Below, in pieces: positions 1 through 13,336 of a stretch of 64,000 nt of DNA. Every line of letters begins with the position of its first letter. Position 1 is the first letter of the stretch. This DNA comes from Chlorokybus atmophyticus (taxonomy: Eukaryota; Plantae; Mesostigma and Chlorokybus algae): assembly GCA_009103225.1 (NCBI GenBank), contig RHPI01003244.1, positions 276,903-340,902 on the forward strand. The letters are read 5' to 3'. A program made the position numbers and the translations under genes. A model generated the notes under the pieces. The model was not told where the DNA came from and searched no databases. It was given only the letters and a program-made list of their open reading frames with translations.

Positions 1-2597
1 CAGTGTTGTCCGCAACGCCGACCAGCCTAAACAGCACGTCACGCGCTGCTTGCCGTTGCTTGTTGGTCAATGCAGCGAAAGGTGGGACAACTTGCCATCT
101 TTACGCTCATGCGTTTGTGGATCAATGAGGAACGCGAGGTAAAACGCTGGATGCTTTGACTTGGACCAGCGCTTTAACACAAGTGCTTCCATCGCGGAGT
201 ATGCAACGCCATTATCCGTGCACCACTGCATATGTACAAGTGAACATGATATACCATGCAAGGTGGAGACATGTGCGGTGCAAGTATGCAAACTGCAACA
301 TTGCATGTACCTCTCTGATGTGGCTGATGATACTTTGCCACATGCTCCACACCGTTGAGAGCAATGGACGATCACCTTCCACCTGTGCTATAAGGCTGCG
401 CACAGGCTTCAATAGATGCAGCGTGGAAGACGCAGCAGACCAGAACTCAGAGTCCAAGACAATGGTGCGACTGGCCGCACCAGTTGTCAACGAGTACTCC
501 ACCTCAAACTCTGGCTCCACGACAGTGTGTCGCAATGCTGCGGCCGAGTCAACCAAGTCTTGTAGCAGATCAACCATGTAGCCAAATCTGATATCCGGGG
601 GCACATCCAGTGCTTTGGTCTTGCCATATTGCTCCTTTTGCTTCATCTGCATGTGCTCATGCATTAGCCCAACGGAAATTCTACATACACAACCCCTAAC
701 CCTTCACACCTGCAGTATGGTTTGGGCTTTGGAGTTGTCACGAAAGAACCCTGCCACCACACGAGCCTTCCTCACAACCTCCTTCACCATGCCGCTATGC
801 TTGGAAAATTTGTTGAGTAAGAGTGACAGAGCATGCGCTTGACATGTGCAGCAAACCACCCAGTGAAAGCTCTGCTCCAACTCACGAAGCACTAGCTTGT
901 TCAAGTTTTCCCCATCAGCTATGACATCAGCAATGCTTGAAAATGCAGACTTGTCATTGCCTCCAGTTATCATCTCAAAGATCTGTAGCAATCAACAATC
1001 AAGAAGACTACTTGCAGCAGTCATGCATGTAAGTTACAATGACAAGTCTTGATGTAACAGCATGAATGATGCTAGTGTACACACCTGCTTGCACTCGTTC
1101 AGCAGATAAGGGCCGTTGACACTAGTGATGCCATCAGTTGGCATTGACTTGAAGAACATGGCCCCTCCATCTGGTAAGTTCACCAGGTAGTTGATAATCT
1201 TCTTTCCCTCATTGATATTTTTTTTCTTCAACCCATCAAGAGCAATCTGCATGCACTGCAGCCAAGGCAGTCAGCCATTATAACTTACATGTATACAGCA
1301 TATCAATACGTTGAGCGCTACCTGCAGGTTGTTGAGAGAGACCTTGATCTCTGCCTGCACCTCATCATGCATGCTATTCAACAATGGGCCAGCTACAGTA
1401 TGGCGACGTAAACCCGGATGCCCTAACGCTTTGAGTCCTTCTCTAAAGTCTATGTGTTGCACTGCAGATATAGGGATTGAACCACAATTGCGATATATCC
1501 ACCTGCAAAAGCACTTCGTGGCCTTTGCAATTGCTGCCGCGCTTGGTGTGTAGCTCTTCATGGTCATTTGCTCTGCCTTGCGCTTGCCATCTGCACTAAT
1601 ACCACCTGTAGCAGATTGCGTCTGACTGATGTGCTGCTCCCATGCCACCCGATCTGCGTCTCCACCTCCAAGGAACAGCGTTTGCCCATTAGTCCTTGAC
1701 TTCTTCTTCAACTGCAACATGCTATGCATCAAACGCCCTTCATGCACAAGACTTCGCGCACACATTGCACACACAGCATGAGATGCAATGCTTTTGTTGC
1801 ATGCGCTTGGCAGATGATAATGCACAGCATGACAAGCGACAGCATCAGCATAACACGACACATGTGCACACATCCCCACAATGACGATGCAGAGTACCTG
1901 CTGTGCATGCCTCTTACCAAAGCGTCTCTCTCTTGTTCAGTAATGCCGCTGCAGACACCAGGAGCTTTCAAGTGATCTAGCGCCACCTTTGAAGGGTTGG
2001 AAACGTTGAAGTGCACATCGCCGCACACACACAACAGGCCAATCCCTTTGACATCATCATCTACAACCACTGTGGCACACACTAGCACAGGCTTAAGAAA
2101 CGCCCAGAATGTCACATGGTTGGACTGCACAGATGCATTGCGCATGGTTTCTAGCTGCTATACTCTTGCCTCATCTTATCGAGCGTCCAGGCACAATGAC
2201 TAGTAGCCTGTTTAAGCTTGCGCTCTATGCGCATGGTGCTAGTCACAGCCCTTGCCCCATCTAGTGTATGAACAACAGCACTATTGACAGAGCATGATGC
2301 TCCTTCGCCTGCTGACGGCGGCTCCCCCGCCATCACCGCCGCCGCCGCCAGCGTCCACGCCGTGGCCTCCCTGGTCGTTTTTTGCGCCAAGGCAGAGTCT
2401 TGCTGCGACAACCCTAAACACGAGTTGATTGATTTAGCGGACGGAAGGTTCCGTCGCTGACGAACTGGACTTCCACAGAACGAACGGAAGGTGCCGAAAG
2501 GTTTGATGACGGAACAGCCCTTTAGCCCTGCTTCCGGAATTTCCCGGAAGTCGCACCTTCCGGAAGGTACTTCCGTCTACGGAAGCGACCAGGCCTA
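1..2597 (-). mobile_element. hAT-superfamily DNA transposon (5' part; runs off the window start) with an intron-containing, probably inactivated transposase
   Basis: Exon fragments run in hAT order: BED-like CxC..H..C (about 2050-1950), DUF659-type IALDG catalytic Asp (1252-1034), CxxH motif CTCQAH (991-704), FW..L.P (664-212) and KRW...HP..LA.L.DP (375-67). Subterminal (A)CGGAAG/CTTCCG repeats lie at 2440-2590. The putative end reads TAGGCCTGGT on the minus strand at about 2597. There is a stop or frameshift near 2150-2165. Confidence 0.85.
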
Positions 2598-2907
2598 CCC
2601 GCACCACTTCTCCGCACGTAACGTCGCAGAAACGTTAGTACTTAATGTATTATCTTAATACATGTGGGACATGTTTAGATCATATAAGCCATGTGAAATT
2701 ATCTATGTATTATGTATCAAAGATTGTATGTATTATATTGCATACAAAATTACCGATATATGTATAACACTCCATAATATTACAATATTATATGCATATA
2801 ATATGTATAATGCTATTTATGATTATGACATATATGCATATTTTTCATTTATATATGATGTAGTGTATGTATAATATATAATAAGATTACTCATATATAA
2901 GTGCGTA

Positions 2908-5293
2908 CCGTATTTACCCGATCACTGTCCCCCCCCTAATAGAGTTACCCCCCCCTTTTTCGGGGNNNNNNNNNNNNNNNNNNNNNNNNNNNNNNNNNNN
3001 NNNNNNNNNNNNNNNNNNNNNNNNNNNNNNNNNNNNNNNNNNNNNNNNNNNNNNNNNNNNNNNNNNNNNNNNNNNNNNNNNNNNNNNNNNNNNNNNNNNN
3101 NNNNNNNNNNNNNNNNNNNNNNNNNNNNNNNNNNNNNNNNNNNNNNNNNNNNNNNNNNNNNNNNNNNNNNNNNNNNNNNNNNNNNNNNNNNNNNNNNNNN
3201 NNNNNNNNNNNNNNNNNNNNNNNNNNNNNNNNNNNNNNCCCCCCTCGCGGGGTAATATGCTTCCTAGGGGTATGTGCAGTTTAGCAAGGTGGAGGTAGCA
3301 AAAATGGTGTTGGATAAGTTGAGTTGTAGGCGCACCAAGCCCAAGCCCATGTGCAACAACAATCACCCCCAACATCATTGCCGTTCGCGCATAAACACAA
3401 GGCACATGAGCCAAGCATGCATGCTATGTCAACATACATACAACCTGCTAAATGCTATCATCATCACTCGCAACGTCAATGCTATCAGTTACGGCATGCA
3501 CGTCCTCCTCCACCCCATCCTCCTCCTCCTCCTCCTCCTCACTGACTTCCGCACCACCATGCCCTGCCGCTGCGGCTTCACGCTCATCTTCCAACGCTTC
3601 CTGCTCCTCCAATGGCAGCTCCGCCACGAGGACAACACTATCGTCCTCATCCTCAATGTCCTCAATGACCATGTCATCCTCACTACCATCAAGAGCAATG
3701 CTGATGCCGGCCTTCTTAAAGAAGTTTTGCACAATGCGTGCAGGGATAGCCTCCTAACTCTCGTGATCCACGTCAGAATCTCTGTGAAGGAGCACGCCCG
3801 TTGATGGCCGCCAGCAGTGAAGGTGTGCTAGCTTGGATCCGCCATCTACATTTGCCACTACATATGCATAACACCTTGATAAGTGAACTTTGCTATAACA
3901 AAGGCATGCCATGTCAACAACAACAGTTATCGTCAACAACGCACCTTTGCTCTAACCATGTCCTTGACAGGTTTGTTTAGGCCAATGTCCAAGGGCTGCA
4001 AGGCACTTGTCATACCACCTGGTATGACAGCTTGGTCAACGCGGATGTGTTGCAACGCCTTGCCCACAGAGTCACACAAATGGGCCCTAAAGCTGTCCCA
4101 TACAAGCAGAGCTCGTTTGCCGAAAATCTACACACAAGCCACAACAAGCGTGGGAGCCAGTCAGTCAGCAAATCGGCATGCACACACACGCGTACGCATG
4201 CATGCACACAAGTACGCATGCATGCACACAAGCAGTCAAAAGCAAGAAGCCAGCCAGCGTGTGCACAAACAAGTGTGCGTGCTCAGCAACCAGCCAGCCA
4301 GTCAGTGTGCACACACGCAATACGCATGCATGCACACAAGCAGCATGCGCACAAGCAGTCGGAAGCAAGGAGCCAGCCAGTGTGCACACAAACAAGTGTG
4401 CGTTCTCCGCAACCAGTCAGCCAGTTAGCGTGCACAACACCAACGACACTAAATACACATGCATGCACACAAGCAACAAGCACTGCTTGTACACACATGT
4501 ATGTTACATGTGTGTACAAGAACAAGTACCCCCTTGCAAACGGAAGGCAGACCTCAAGCTGCCCGTGATGTTAATGCCCTGCTTGATCCATTAACGAATG
4601 CTTTTTGGATAGACATCATGCTCACGTGCTGCAGCCTTCACCCCAATAAGGCGTGCCCGACGCAACATCTTCAGCTACACACACAACCTTTGCATTAGCT
4701 GCTTATCAATGTGGAGCATGTGTTGAACAGGTGCACAAGCAGATACTACCTGCGCTGACACAACACACGCAAGCAAGCATTACCAAATGCACATCTTTGA
4801 CTTATTGTGAATTGACGGCGCAGGTGCCTCTTATTCTTTTTACAACTGCTCTCACGTGCGCGCTGCTTTGCAACCACCCCATCTGGGCGCGCCTCACGTG
4901 CTGCTTGGTTTGCCTTGGCCTTAGCAGCAGCTGCGGCAGCAACGGCGAGTGTAGCCGCTGCTGAGGCCACTTCAGCAGCAGCGGCTGCTGCTTCCTCTTC
5001 AAGCCGACGCATGCTGGCCTGCCTTGCAGCAGCCCGACCAGCCATTTTGCCACCGCCACCAGCCACACCGCCCTCACCAACCACACCGCCCTCCACAACC
5101 ACACCTCCGCCAACTACGCAGTTGGTCGCCCCAAAGGACGAGATTTGCGTGAGAAAGGCGGGAAAGGCGGCAACCCCTGCTACCAAACATAGTCCCCCCC
5201 TTGTAATAATATCCCCCCCCCGAATACAATACCCCATATTGGGGGGGGGGGGGACACTATAAAAAGGGGGGGACTGTGATCGGGTAAATACGG
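2908..5293 (-). mobile_element. pogo-superfamily (DD35D, Passer-like) transposon, internally deleted and pseudogenised
   Basis: About 30-bp TIRs CCGTATTTACCCGATCAC(T/A)GTCCCCCCC at both ends, each flanked by TA. Minus-strand peptide LLVWDSFRAH...IPGGMTSALQPLDIGLNKPVK has 35 residues between the Asp residues. C-terminal FKKAGISIALDGSEDD and CENP-B-like RRQFTISQ are present. In-frame TAG stops occur at 3750-3850. Confidence 0.9.
4140..4500. repeat. Degenerate minisatellite (about two copies of a ~120-bp unit built on GCATGCACACAAGC) inside the pogo element
   Basis: The block acgcatgcatgcacacaagcag...gcaaga/ggagccagccag...acaaacaagtgtgcgt occurs twice in tandem. Confidence 0.8.
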
Positions 5294-5845
5294 TATATAT
5301 CACGTATAGTTTGTACTTATGATACATATATATATATATACATTATCAATTACAATGCATATGCACTTANGATACATATATATATTTCAAGTACAATACA
5401 TATTATTATATGTAGTCGTCATTGCATACAGTTATTAGAAGTATCATAAATAAAGTATATATCATTCGCATATATTTTGAGCAATTGCATGACATGGGGA
5501 TGAGCTTTGGACGGTCGAGAGTTGTTTTGACAGACCATACGGCCGATAGCTAATTATTGCCGCCTAGCTAATGAGAGGCAGGCCGGCCGCGCATACCGCG
5601 CAGCCCGGCAGTCGCGGGTGCCGTATGTCACGGGGCCGTCGTGCGTGGTGCGCGTGTGATGTGTCTTGTGCCCTAATGCCGGCCGGCCCAATCACACGCC
5701 CAATCAGCCGCACCGCTAGTTCGCGTGGTGTTTAAAACGATATCAAGTTACTACCTCATACACATACGCACATATATCATAAATACACTTGCAGCAAGTA
5801 TACACAATACAACATGTGCATGGTATTCTTGAACGAGAAGTAGTA

Positions 5846-6128
5846 CCGTATTTGCCCGGATAGAAGCCCCCCCCCCCCCCCCCCCCNCAGAAGCCCCCCA
5901 CCCCAGGGGGGCTTCTACTCGGCACGAGTTACGCTGTCAACTGGCTGAGTCGCGCGCGTTAAACGTAATCCGACACTTGACGCAGGACGGCGTAAGTCAC
6001 GCGCGTCAAGCGTAGCCCAGGCAGCACAATGCGGGCCATGACTCGGGGAGGGCTTGTAAGTGTTTGCATAAGCCCCCACCCTATTTTGCAAAGGGGGGGG
6101 GGGGGCGGCTTCTGTCCGGCAACTACGG
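5846..6128. mobile_element. MITE (283 bp) of pogo/Tc1-mariner type
   Basis: Imperfect TIRs CCGTATTTGCCCGGATAGAAGCC and (reverse complement) CCGTAGTTGCCGGACAGAAGCC, TA at both flanks, no ORF. The CCGTA terminus matches the neighbouring pogo element. Confidence 0.85.
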
Positions 6129-9112
6129 TAACGCAAACTTTTTTGTAAGCTGTGTGAATAAATCCTGCATTGCAGCAACACAGTTAATTTTTGGACAACA
6201 TGCCATGTTATTAATAATTTAACGTTATGATATGGTTTTTCATCCGTTCAAGGGCAATCCGTTGGAAAACTATGATTTCTCAAGAAGCGCATTCGAAGGC
6301 AGTGTTTATCATAAACAAATGATCACGGCGGTTGTAATATTCGATACGTTTTAAGTACATTTGCAACGTAAAGATGAACATTACAAGTTATAATACCACA
6401 TGAACATACACAATGTTGAAGTTGTTGTGTATGTTCAAAATTTCACTAATTATACATATGATGTATACGAGAAAAACAAGTGACAGCTATAATTATTAAG
6501 CATAATTGTTGATTACTGGCCATGCAAAAATACTAACGTTTGCAGCGAAACAATCATCAGTCATTAATTTGTATATTATGATGTTATGGTCGTAATCTAC
6601 TAAGCATAGTATGCTTTCAATTATCCATAGTACGACCACACAATGTAAGACAAAATTATGTTTGCATAAGTCACATCATGTAAATCTGCATCAAACAGAT
6701 TATCAACAATTGATATCATCGAAACAATTGCATGAAAATGTTGCATTAAGTAGGTTGAACATTTTCAACCTTATAGTAATAAACCATTACGTTGAATGAT
6801 ATGCAATATGTACGCTACTTAAATAGCACGCAGTTATAGTGCTATAAACAAAGAATTAATCATGTTTTTTTTTCTATAATAACATAATATAATTAAAGCT
6901 TTTGTTTTATGCAATTTGCTCTGCGTACATAAACATTATATTGTTGTATATGCCATACATGGTCTCCCCTCCGAATAAAGTCCCCTATCAATGAAAGGCT
7001 TGCGTGTTCGACCGATTGAATGTTCAACATCGATTGTGTTATGGTCATTAATGTTTGTGTACCTTGTATATGCACATAAAATTAATACACATGTAGCAGG
7101 TAGGCTCTTGACCATCATGCTATAATAGCAAAAGACGCGATATTAATAAGACCAATATTGCATGATTTGCATGCATGATTTTATCATATATGTATGATAC
7201 AGCAAACAACAAAGTGCTCCGCTTTTCCGTATAAGTTGCATTTTATGCAATGTGCATGTGCTGCGTAGTAAATAAGAATTAACTTGTTGCTTACATTTGT
7301 AAACATGTGTTACTGTTCAGCACATGCTTGACGCGAATAATAAATCATAGATGGGCAGGCACTTTACCAAAACGGAGATGGCCGCTCCTGCCGTTGAAGT
7401 TGTGGAGGACGTTGCTTGCGAAACCAATGTCACAACGCGCGGGTCTGTGGTGCCAAGCTTTTGAGTCTGCCAATTTGCTGAGCATCAAACCGTGTAAATA
7501 TATGCGCATGAATCGCGATGGTGCGATGTGAAATATCTTGAGATGTTTATTGACTCAAAACCTTATTATAGCAGGGCTGCCTGGCCAAGGAGAGTGTACA
7601 GCAACATAACGGTGTACTTGTATGACTCTAACAAGAGCTTTGAAGATTGGAAGTTCATTCCTTCCAAGAAGGCAACTAACTCAATGATATATCATGCGTA
7701 AGCTGTTAGCCATCTATGTTGACTGCTAAATATGATTGGGTAGTCTTCAACTAAGCTTTTTATGCGTTTAAATGCAACATTTCATCAACAATGCTGAAAG
7801 ATTTACATAATACATTTAATGTAATGTAATTTATTGTTTAAAATAATTCAAACCTTGCTGTAAACATATTGGCGTTCAACATTATCACGATTGCGTTGCT
7901 TTACGTAAACCTTGAACCTATAACATGTAGAGAACTCACTTGCATGAAAAAGCAATTCGGTTGTGTAAGCACACGCCATTACAGATGCCATGATGAGCAT
8001 AGCTATGCTCACTATAGTTAAAGAAGTTGTGCATAAACACATATATATCGTAGGTATGCTAATTTGAAGCAAATGAGAGGTAGATATCGTAGCGACATGT
8101 ACATTACAACCCACGCTCACTTTTGCGAGTTAATTAAGTTTTGTTTATTTGCTATGATTATCAAAATAGTCAACACAATGCATTAATATCATTGCTAACA
8201 AGACTCGTAATGCCTTAATATACTTACAACCCAAAGCAATTAGTAAAGAAGTTGGGTTGTAATGCACGTGTCACTACGGTACATGTACTACCATTGCACA
8301 ACAGATAAACAGATGGCACCAGATACATATACTATAAGTATACTTTATATCTAGAACGCAGGTATTGAGAGTGTGCACCAGAGAGTGGGCCCATATCCAT
8401 GTACGGCCGTCGCGCATGTAGCGTGCCTCTGCCGGCCACGAGGGGTTGTTTTCGGCCAGGTTGACCGGTTCGCCACATAACTGGCAACCACTGGAACATG
8501 TTCGTTATGCATCAAATTATGCACGAAACCAACACCGAGAAAAAAAGATTCCGTTCCGCTTTTCAAGGGCGCCAAAGGGCGCTCAAGCCCAGTCACCCAT
8601 TTTGCGCTGCGGTCGATTGAAGCTCGAGAAGGGCACCCGACCCGCAATTGTCCGGAAGCCAAGCTATGCTAGAGATAATGTAAGCCGTAGGTTGTAGGGT
8701 ACGCTAGGTCTACATTCGGATTGCAAGAGCTGCTTTGCACTCCAATGATGCGTACGACGGCCGAGCTGAGCCAACGGATTGTGGCAATGATTGGGCACCT
8801 CACTTTCAGTAGGCTACCTACCAGCATGACCGGTGCAAGACTGGCCGTCTTTAGCCGGTCATGCTGGACGGTCCACCGGTCACTGCTTTACCACAGTGGT
8901 CCACACTGAACTTGCCTGTTGCTGTCTCTTACTGCCGTCAGATGTCCGACGGGAAGTGGACACCAGCGTCGTGACTCACCTCCGGTAACGAGCAGCGTAC
9001 ACGTGTGTGCAACATTAATGGGACACATGACGCCTAGTAGATCATACAACAGGGTGCATACTGTTGGGTGGGCGGCGGTAGCGGCGGCGGCGGTGTCCAG
9101 GGCAGCGGCGTC

Positions 9113-11272
9113 ATGCTGGACGGCATGGGCGGCATTGGGATGTCAGGGTCCTGCTGCTCGCCGTTGCTGGATGTGCCGCAGCCGCTGCTGCTGCGGGTGC
9201 TGTCGTTCCTGCCTCCGATCGACTTGGCGAGGTTTGCGCTGGTGTCCAGGGCGTGCAGGGAGGCGGCGGCGGAGGGGGCACTATGGAGGACGCACATGCT
9301 GGAGAAATGGGGCGCCACTGTCACCCCAGAGCAGCCGTCCCTGTGCAGGGAGGAGTATGTTACCAGGGAGAAAGTCCTTGCCGCCATTGCTGGGATGAAC
9401 GCCCCGTTGCAGGTAGTTGCGCGACTAGGGTTTCCAGCTACCGTGTTGATGTTACGCGTTCACAGAACTTCATGCCGTATGTAATGTGTATGCTAGTCCC
9501 AAGTGTGACGGCCCTGTGTGTCATTTTGTCATCGTTTTAAAATTGTGAACTTCGCTTGACAGCACTGTCATCAGCTGCAGCACGTTGTAGTGTTTTATGT
9601 CCTGCAGAGTTACACGATGTGCGTGACGTTGAGATTGGATCTAGGATTCGTTTTCACAACCACTGTTGTCCTCAATCTATATCGACGACATTGAATGAAT
9701 GTTGTGAACACATTATACGCCAAAGCATAGTAAGGGTTAATGACATCTTCCTGCGTATGAGGTTGGGCACAGCTTGCCGTTCAGCGCCAACATCTAGCAT
9801 GATCTGCAGATATTTGACCTGCATTGACTTCCCGGCATGCTGTTTTAGAGCATGCGTGCAAGGCGGGGTGTATTGGGTTTAAGGTTTTTGTTCTTTGCAA
9901 AGGTGCAGTTGCTTGAGACAGCTGTACCTGTGTTCCTTTTCTTATGCCTTGATGTGTTGCTGAGCAGGCTCAGCACATTGTGGGATGGAGCAGTGAGTTT
10001 GAAGATATGCAGCGACAAGTGCGCGTGCTGTTGGATTTGGCATCAGCACCGGCACCGGTCGCAGAAGAAGGCTGGAAGCAGTTACTCAGGGCATCAGACA
10101 TACTTGGAGGCTTGCGGATGCTGATGGAGCGGGTTCGCGCAGCTCTTCCAAGGGAGTCGCCGGATGATGAGGACTCTGCCGAGGAAGATGAGGAGCGCCC
10201 TTTGCTGGAGCTCTTCGCGCAGTGTTGTCGCCTGCTGAGCATTCTGCTTCGGTGCATGCCCATGATCCTGAATCGCCTTGAACAGTATGTGCATTGCACA
10301 TCCACAAATCATGGACAACATTAACAAGTCATCACTGTGTCTGACAGTGGCATGCAATGCTGTTTTTGGCAGGCAGCCGGCATTGATAGAAAAGCCTCAG
10401 CTGCAGTCAAGAGAGTTGCCAAGAGACGAGACCATTTTTTCCCTAGACAGCTCGCCCAGCAGCTTTTTCTCCAGCTACAGGCATACCTTTGTGCAGAGAC
10501 CCCGTGCCCTGTACTGGGCGTACATGCTGGACCTCAACCGCTCCCTTGTACCAGATGATGTAGGTTACTTATGTTAGCCTGTCCCCGCCTGCAGTAACTT
10601 GTGCTGCAGTTGAACACACTGTAACATTCTCTATGCGTTTAGGGCAATTTTGTGGTTGGTCAAACAACACTTGCCATGGCAGCAGCGAATGCCCTCAGCA
10701 GTCTTCACTTGTGGCCTCTCCGTTGCAGCACCGACCCGCAGCTTCCGGCAGCCGAGCGCAGCCCTTGGAACGACCTCCACCACCGGCCCGATTGGCCTGT
10801 AAAAGACGAGGAGACTATGCGCCGCTGGATGGGCCCTGTCAAGCTGCCCGAACACGTTGCGGCCTTGCGGGACGTTGTCGCGCATAGGCTTTCAGGACAA
10901 TGGCAAGGGATGTATTTGTACACCGCGCAGTTCACCCGGCCAAGGCTGGACGCTCCTTACAGGTTGCATCTCACCACGAAGGCCATCCAAGGCATCGACA
11001 ACCAGCTGCTTGTCACGGGGAATGGACAGGACAGCGTGGGTGCCTTTCATGTGAACGGCCTCTTCGACGTGTTGGACCCGGAGGAAGCACGCCGCACCTG
11101 CCAAGTGCTAGCGAGAGGGCTGCTGCGCAAGCGCTACGACACGGAGCTGGAATGGGAGTACAAAGTGTGCCTGGATCAGTTGGGCCTGCACGGCATCTGG
11201 GGCAGGAATCTCAATGAGTTTTGGGGCCTTGAGCTCGGGGGGGCCTTTCAGTTCACACCTGTGACAGAGTAG
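9113..11272 (+). CDS. F-box protein, about 477 aa, 4 exons (9113-9412, 9968-10284, 10373-10559, 10643-11272), with an uncharacterised C-terminal beta-rich domain
   Basis: F-box motif LLDVPQPLLLRVLSFLPPIDLARFALVSRACREAA...LW. All GT-AG junctions keep frame (phases 0, 2, 0). Confidence 0.85.
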
Positions 11273-12629
11273 TAGTAAGCAGTAGTCTGTCGCAGCTAGG
11301 ACCTGTACATAGCGTTGCTTCGTGCAGTCTGTGTATACAGGGAATGGCAACAGGGTTGCTATCATTGCGATGCAATTGCTGTTGAAACTTGCACACAGCA
11401 AAGCAACCAGTCAGAGGTGCAGTCAGACGTGCACAGCCTGGTAAACGTTGCATGACAGCACTGGGGTTTGGAACTCGAGCAATGATGGATGCTATGTGGG
11501 GAGGGAAGGGGAGGTGGATGGTCTAAAGTGGCTGTTGTGTAGTAGTATGCAATCTGTTGTCTATTGTTCAAGGGTACCAGGTTGGCGTGTTGCCACAGCT
11601 CTCATGCTGATGTAAGAGCTTTATATGAATCATATGTACTCAGCACTGCCTGGTTACCATAACGCACAAGAATTGCGGTAAAGCAAGCTATAAGCATGGT
11701 CACAATGCACATGCAACCATAGATAGTAACAAGCAAGCAACAAGTAAGCCATGTCAGTGGGGGCCAAGACAGAGTTCAACGCTAGCACCATATGTATCAC
11801 AGATAGTATGCTACATTGGTCGCATGCAAATGTCAAAAACACATGCAAGTTTGGTGTGTTGTGTTGTATTGTGTGCTTGCTGCCTTGACTAATTGGCCCA
11901 ATCCATCTGTGTAGTATGCAATGGCACGCCCATACCTCCGGGCCAGTCTTAACTCTTCTTTAACGCACCAACCCCTACCCCGTTAGTGCACACAGCATGC
12001 ATGTTGCAAAGTGGTCACCTGCCCACACGGGCTGTGAAGCAAACATTATTAACTGCAATGTGCATGGGTACGCTGCGTCTGTCGATCGCTAACACCCACA
12101 CCTTGTCGCACGCACACACGGCCACTTCCCCACAGTCGCCCCAGCACATACCTCGCCTTCCACTCTCACATGCGCTCACACACCTCAGCACACCTCAGCC
12201 TGTCGCACATTAGCTTCCTCATCACCTGCACTGCATCCGCTTCTGTGTGTTTAGCTTGGTGACTGCATAAAGGCGAGGCCTGGCCTTGCAATGTCCGCTG
12301 CCAGCAGTCGTTGAAGACCCAGCAGTCTGCCCGTCTCTAACCTGCTTGCACAACCAAGCCACCTGTTGGCGGTGATGGCGCAGGCGAGCCACGAGGATGA
12401 GGGCTGTTACAGTGATGGCTGTGCGCATGGTGGGTGTGACATAGGGAGATCTGTACAGCGAATGTGTGCCGGCGTGCGTGATGGAGGAGCAATGGGTGCA
12501 ACAATGGGTGCGCACTACATGTGCTCAGTTTGCGTACTGATATACCGGGATCACATGCTGTGCGTACAGGATATGCTGCCAGTAGTTGTAGACGTGCATG
12601 ACATCACTCACAGCATGCCAAACAGCATG

Positions 12630-12975
12630 CAAGCACATTGTACCACAACCACCGAGCTATACACACTGTTTGTTCCAACCTCACTACACTACGTTAGTCT
12701 AGAACTCCCCGTTAGACATGCATACATGCGTATCAGTAGTGCATTACCTGCCCACACGGGCTCTGTTAGTTGGCGTTGACAACGGCAGGTTCAGCAGCAG
12801 CAAGGATGACGACTCCCTCCCGCCTGCTCTCCCTTCCCGCCACCTGCTCAGCTCTGCGCAGCAGCTGCTGCTGCGTCGTCTCTTGTTACCCTAACCCTCG
12901 CAGTGCAGTGCCAACGTCAGCACTGCACCGCGCAGAGCCTCTACGTGGCGGTTAGGCAGGTGGGTGGTGGGGTTG
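12630..12975. repeat. Dispersed repeat family A, copy 1 (copy 2 at 19250-19645; partial copy at about 11975-12035)
   Basis: Colinear shared blocks: cagcatgcaagcaca..accaccgagcta, ctcccgttagacatg, attacctgc, actccctc..ctcccgcc, gcactgcc/gtgccaacgtcagca, gggtggtggggttg. Confidence 0.75.
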
Positions 12976-13336
12976 ACGTGTGACAGTGAACGACACAGTA
13001 ACTAGCATACCATCTCTTGTACACACTTTGATCACCGCAATGAATTTTGAACACAGCGACCAAACCCATCAGCGCAATGGTAGACAAGTTGGGTATGGCT
13101 ACCCGCCACGGGGCAGCCACATCAAAAAGGAGCTTGCTAATAGCAGGCATTGTCTACATGTGGGAGTCAACCAGCACAAGCTTGTTTATCAAATACATTG
13201 GGTGGCTGAAACATACCACGTTATCTACTGACCGCTGTCTCAAGAAGCTACACAGTATGCGTCTGTACACTGTACACAACCCCACAAGTACATGTGGGGT
13301 GCAAAAATCATGCGCAATCACCCACGCATTACAACA

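Noticed and set aside
6130-8350. AT-rich region with short ORF-like stretches (for example 7350-7700)
   Set aside because: No recognisable motifs, termini or splice-consistent model; probably very old TE debris. The region 33200-33850 was rejected for the same reason.
8685-8705. ACCCTACAACCT on the minus strand as a possible telomerase RNA template
   Set aside because: It does not form a 1.5x repeat of TTTAGGG, TTAGGG or TTTTAGGG, and I saw no convincing USE/TATA promoter or pseudoknot.
12941-13150. PNLSTIALMGL resembling the hAT dimerisation domain
   Set aside because: The downstream SxxxERxFS motif is absent; too weak to call.
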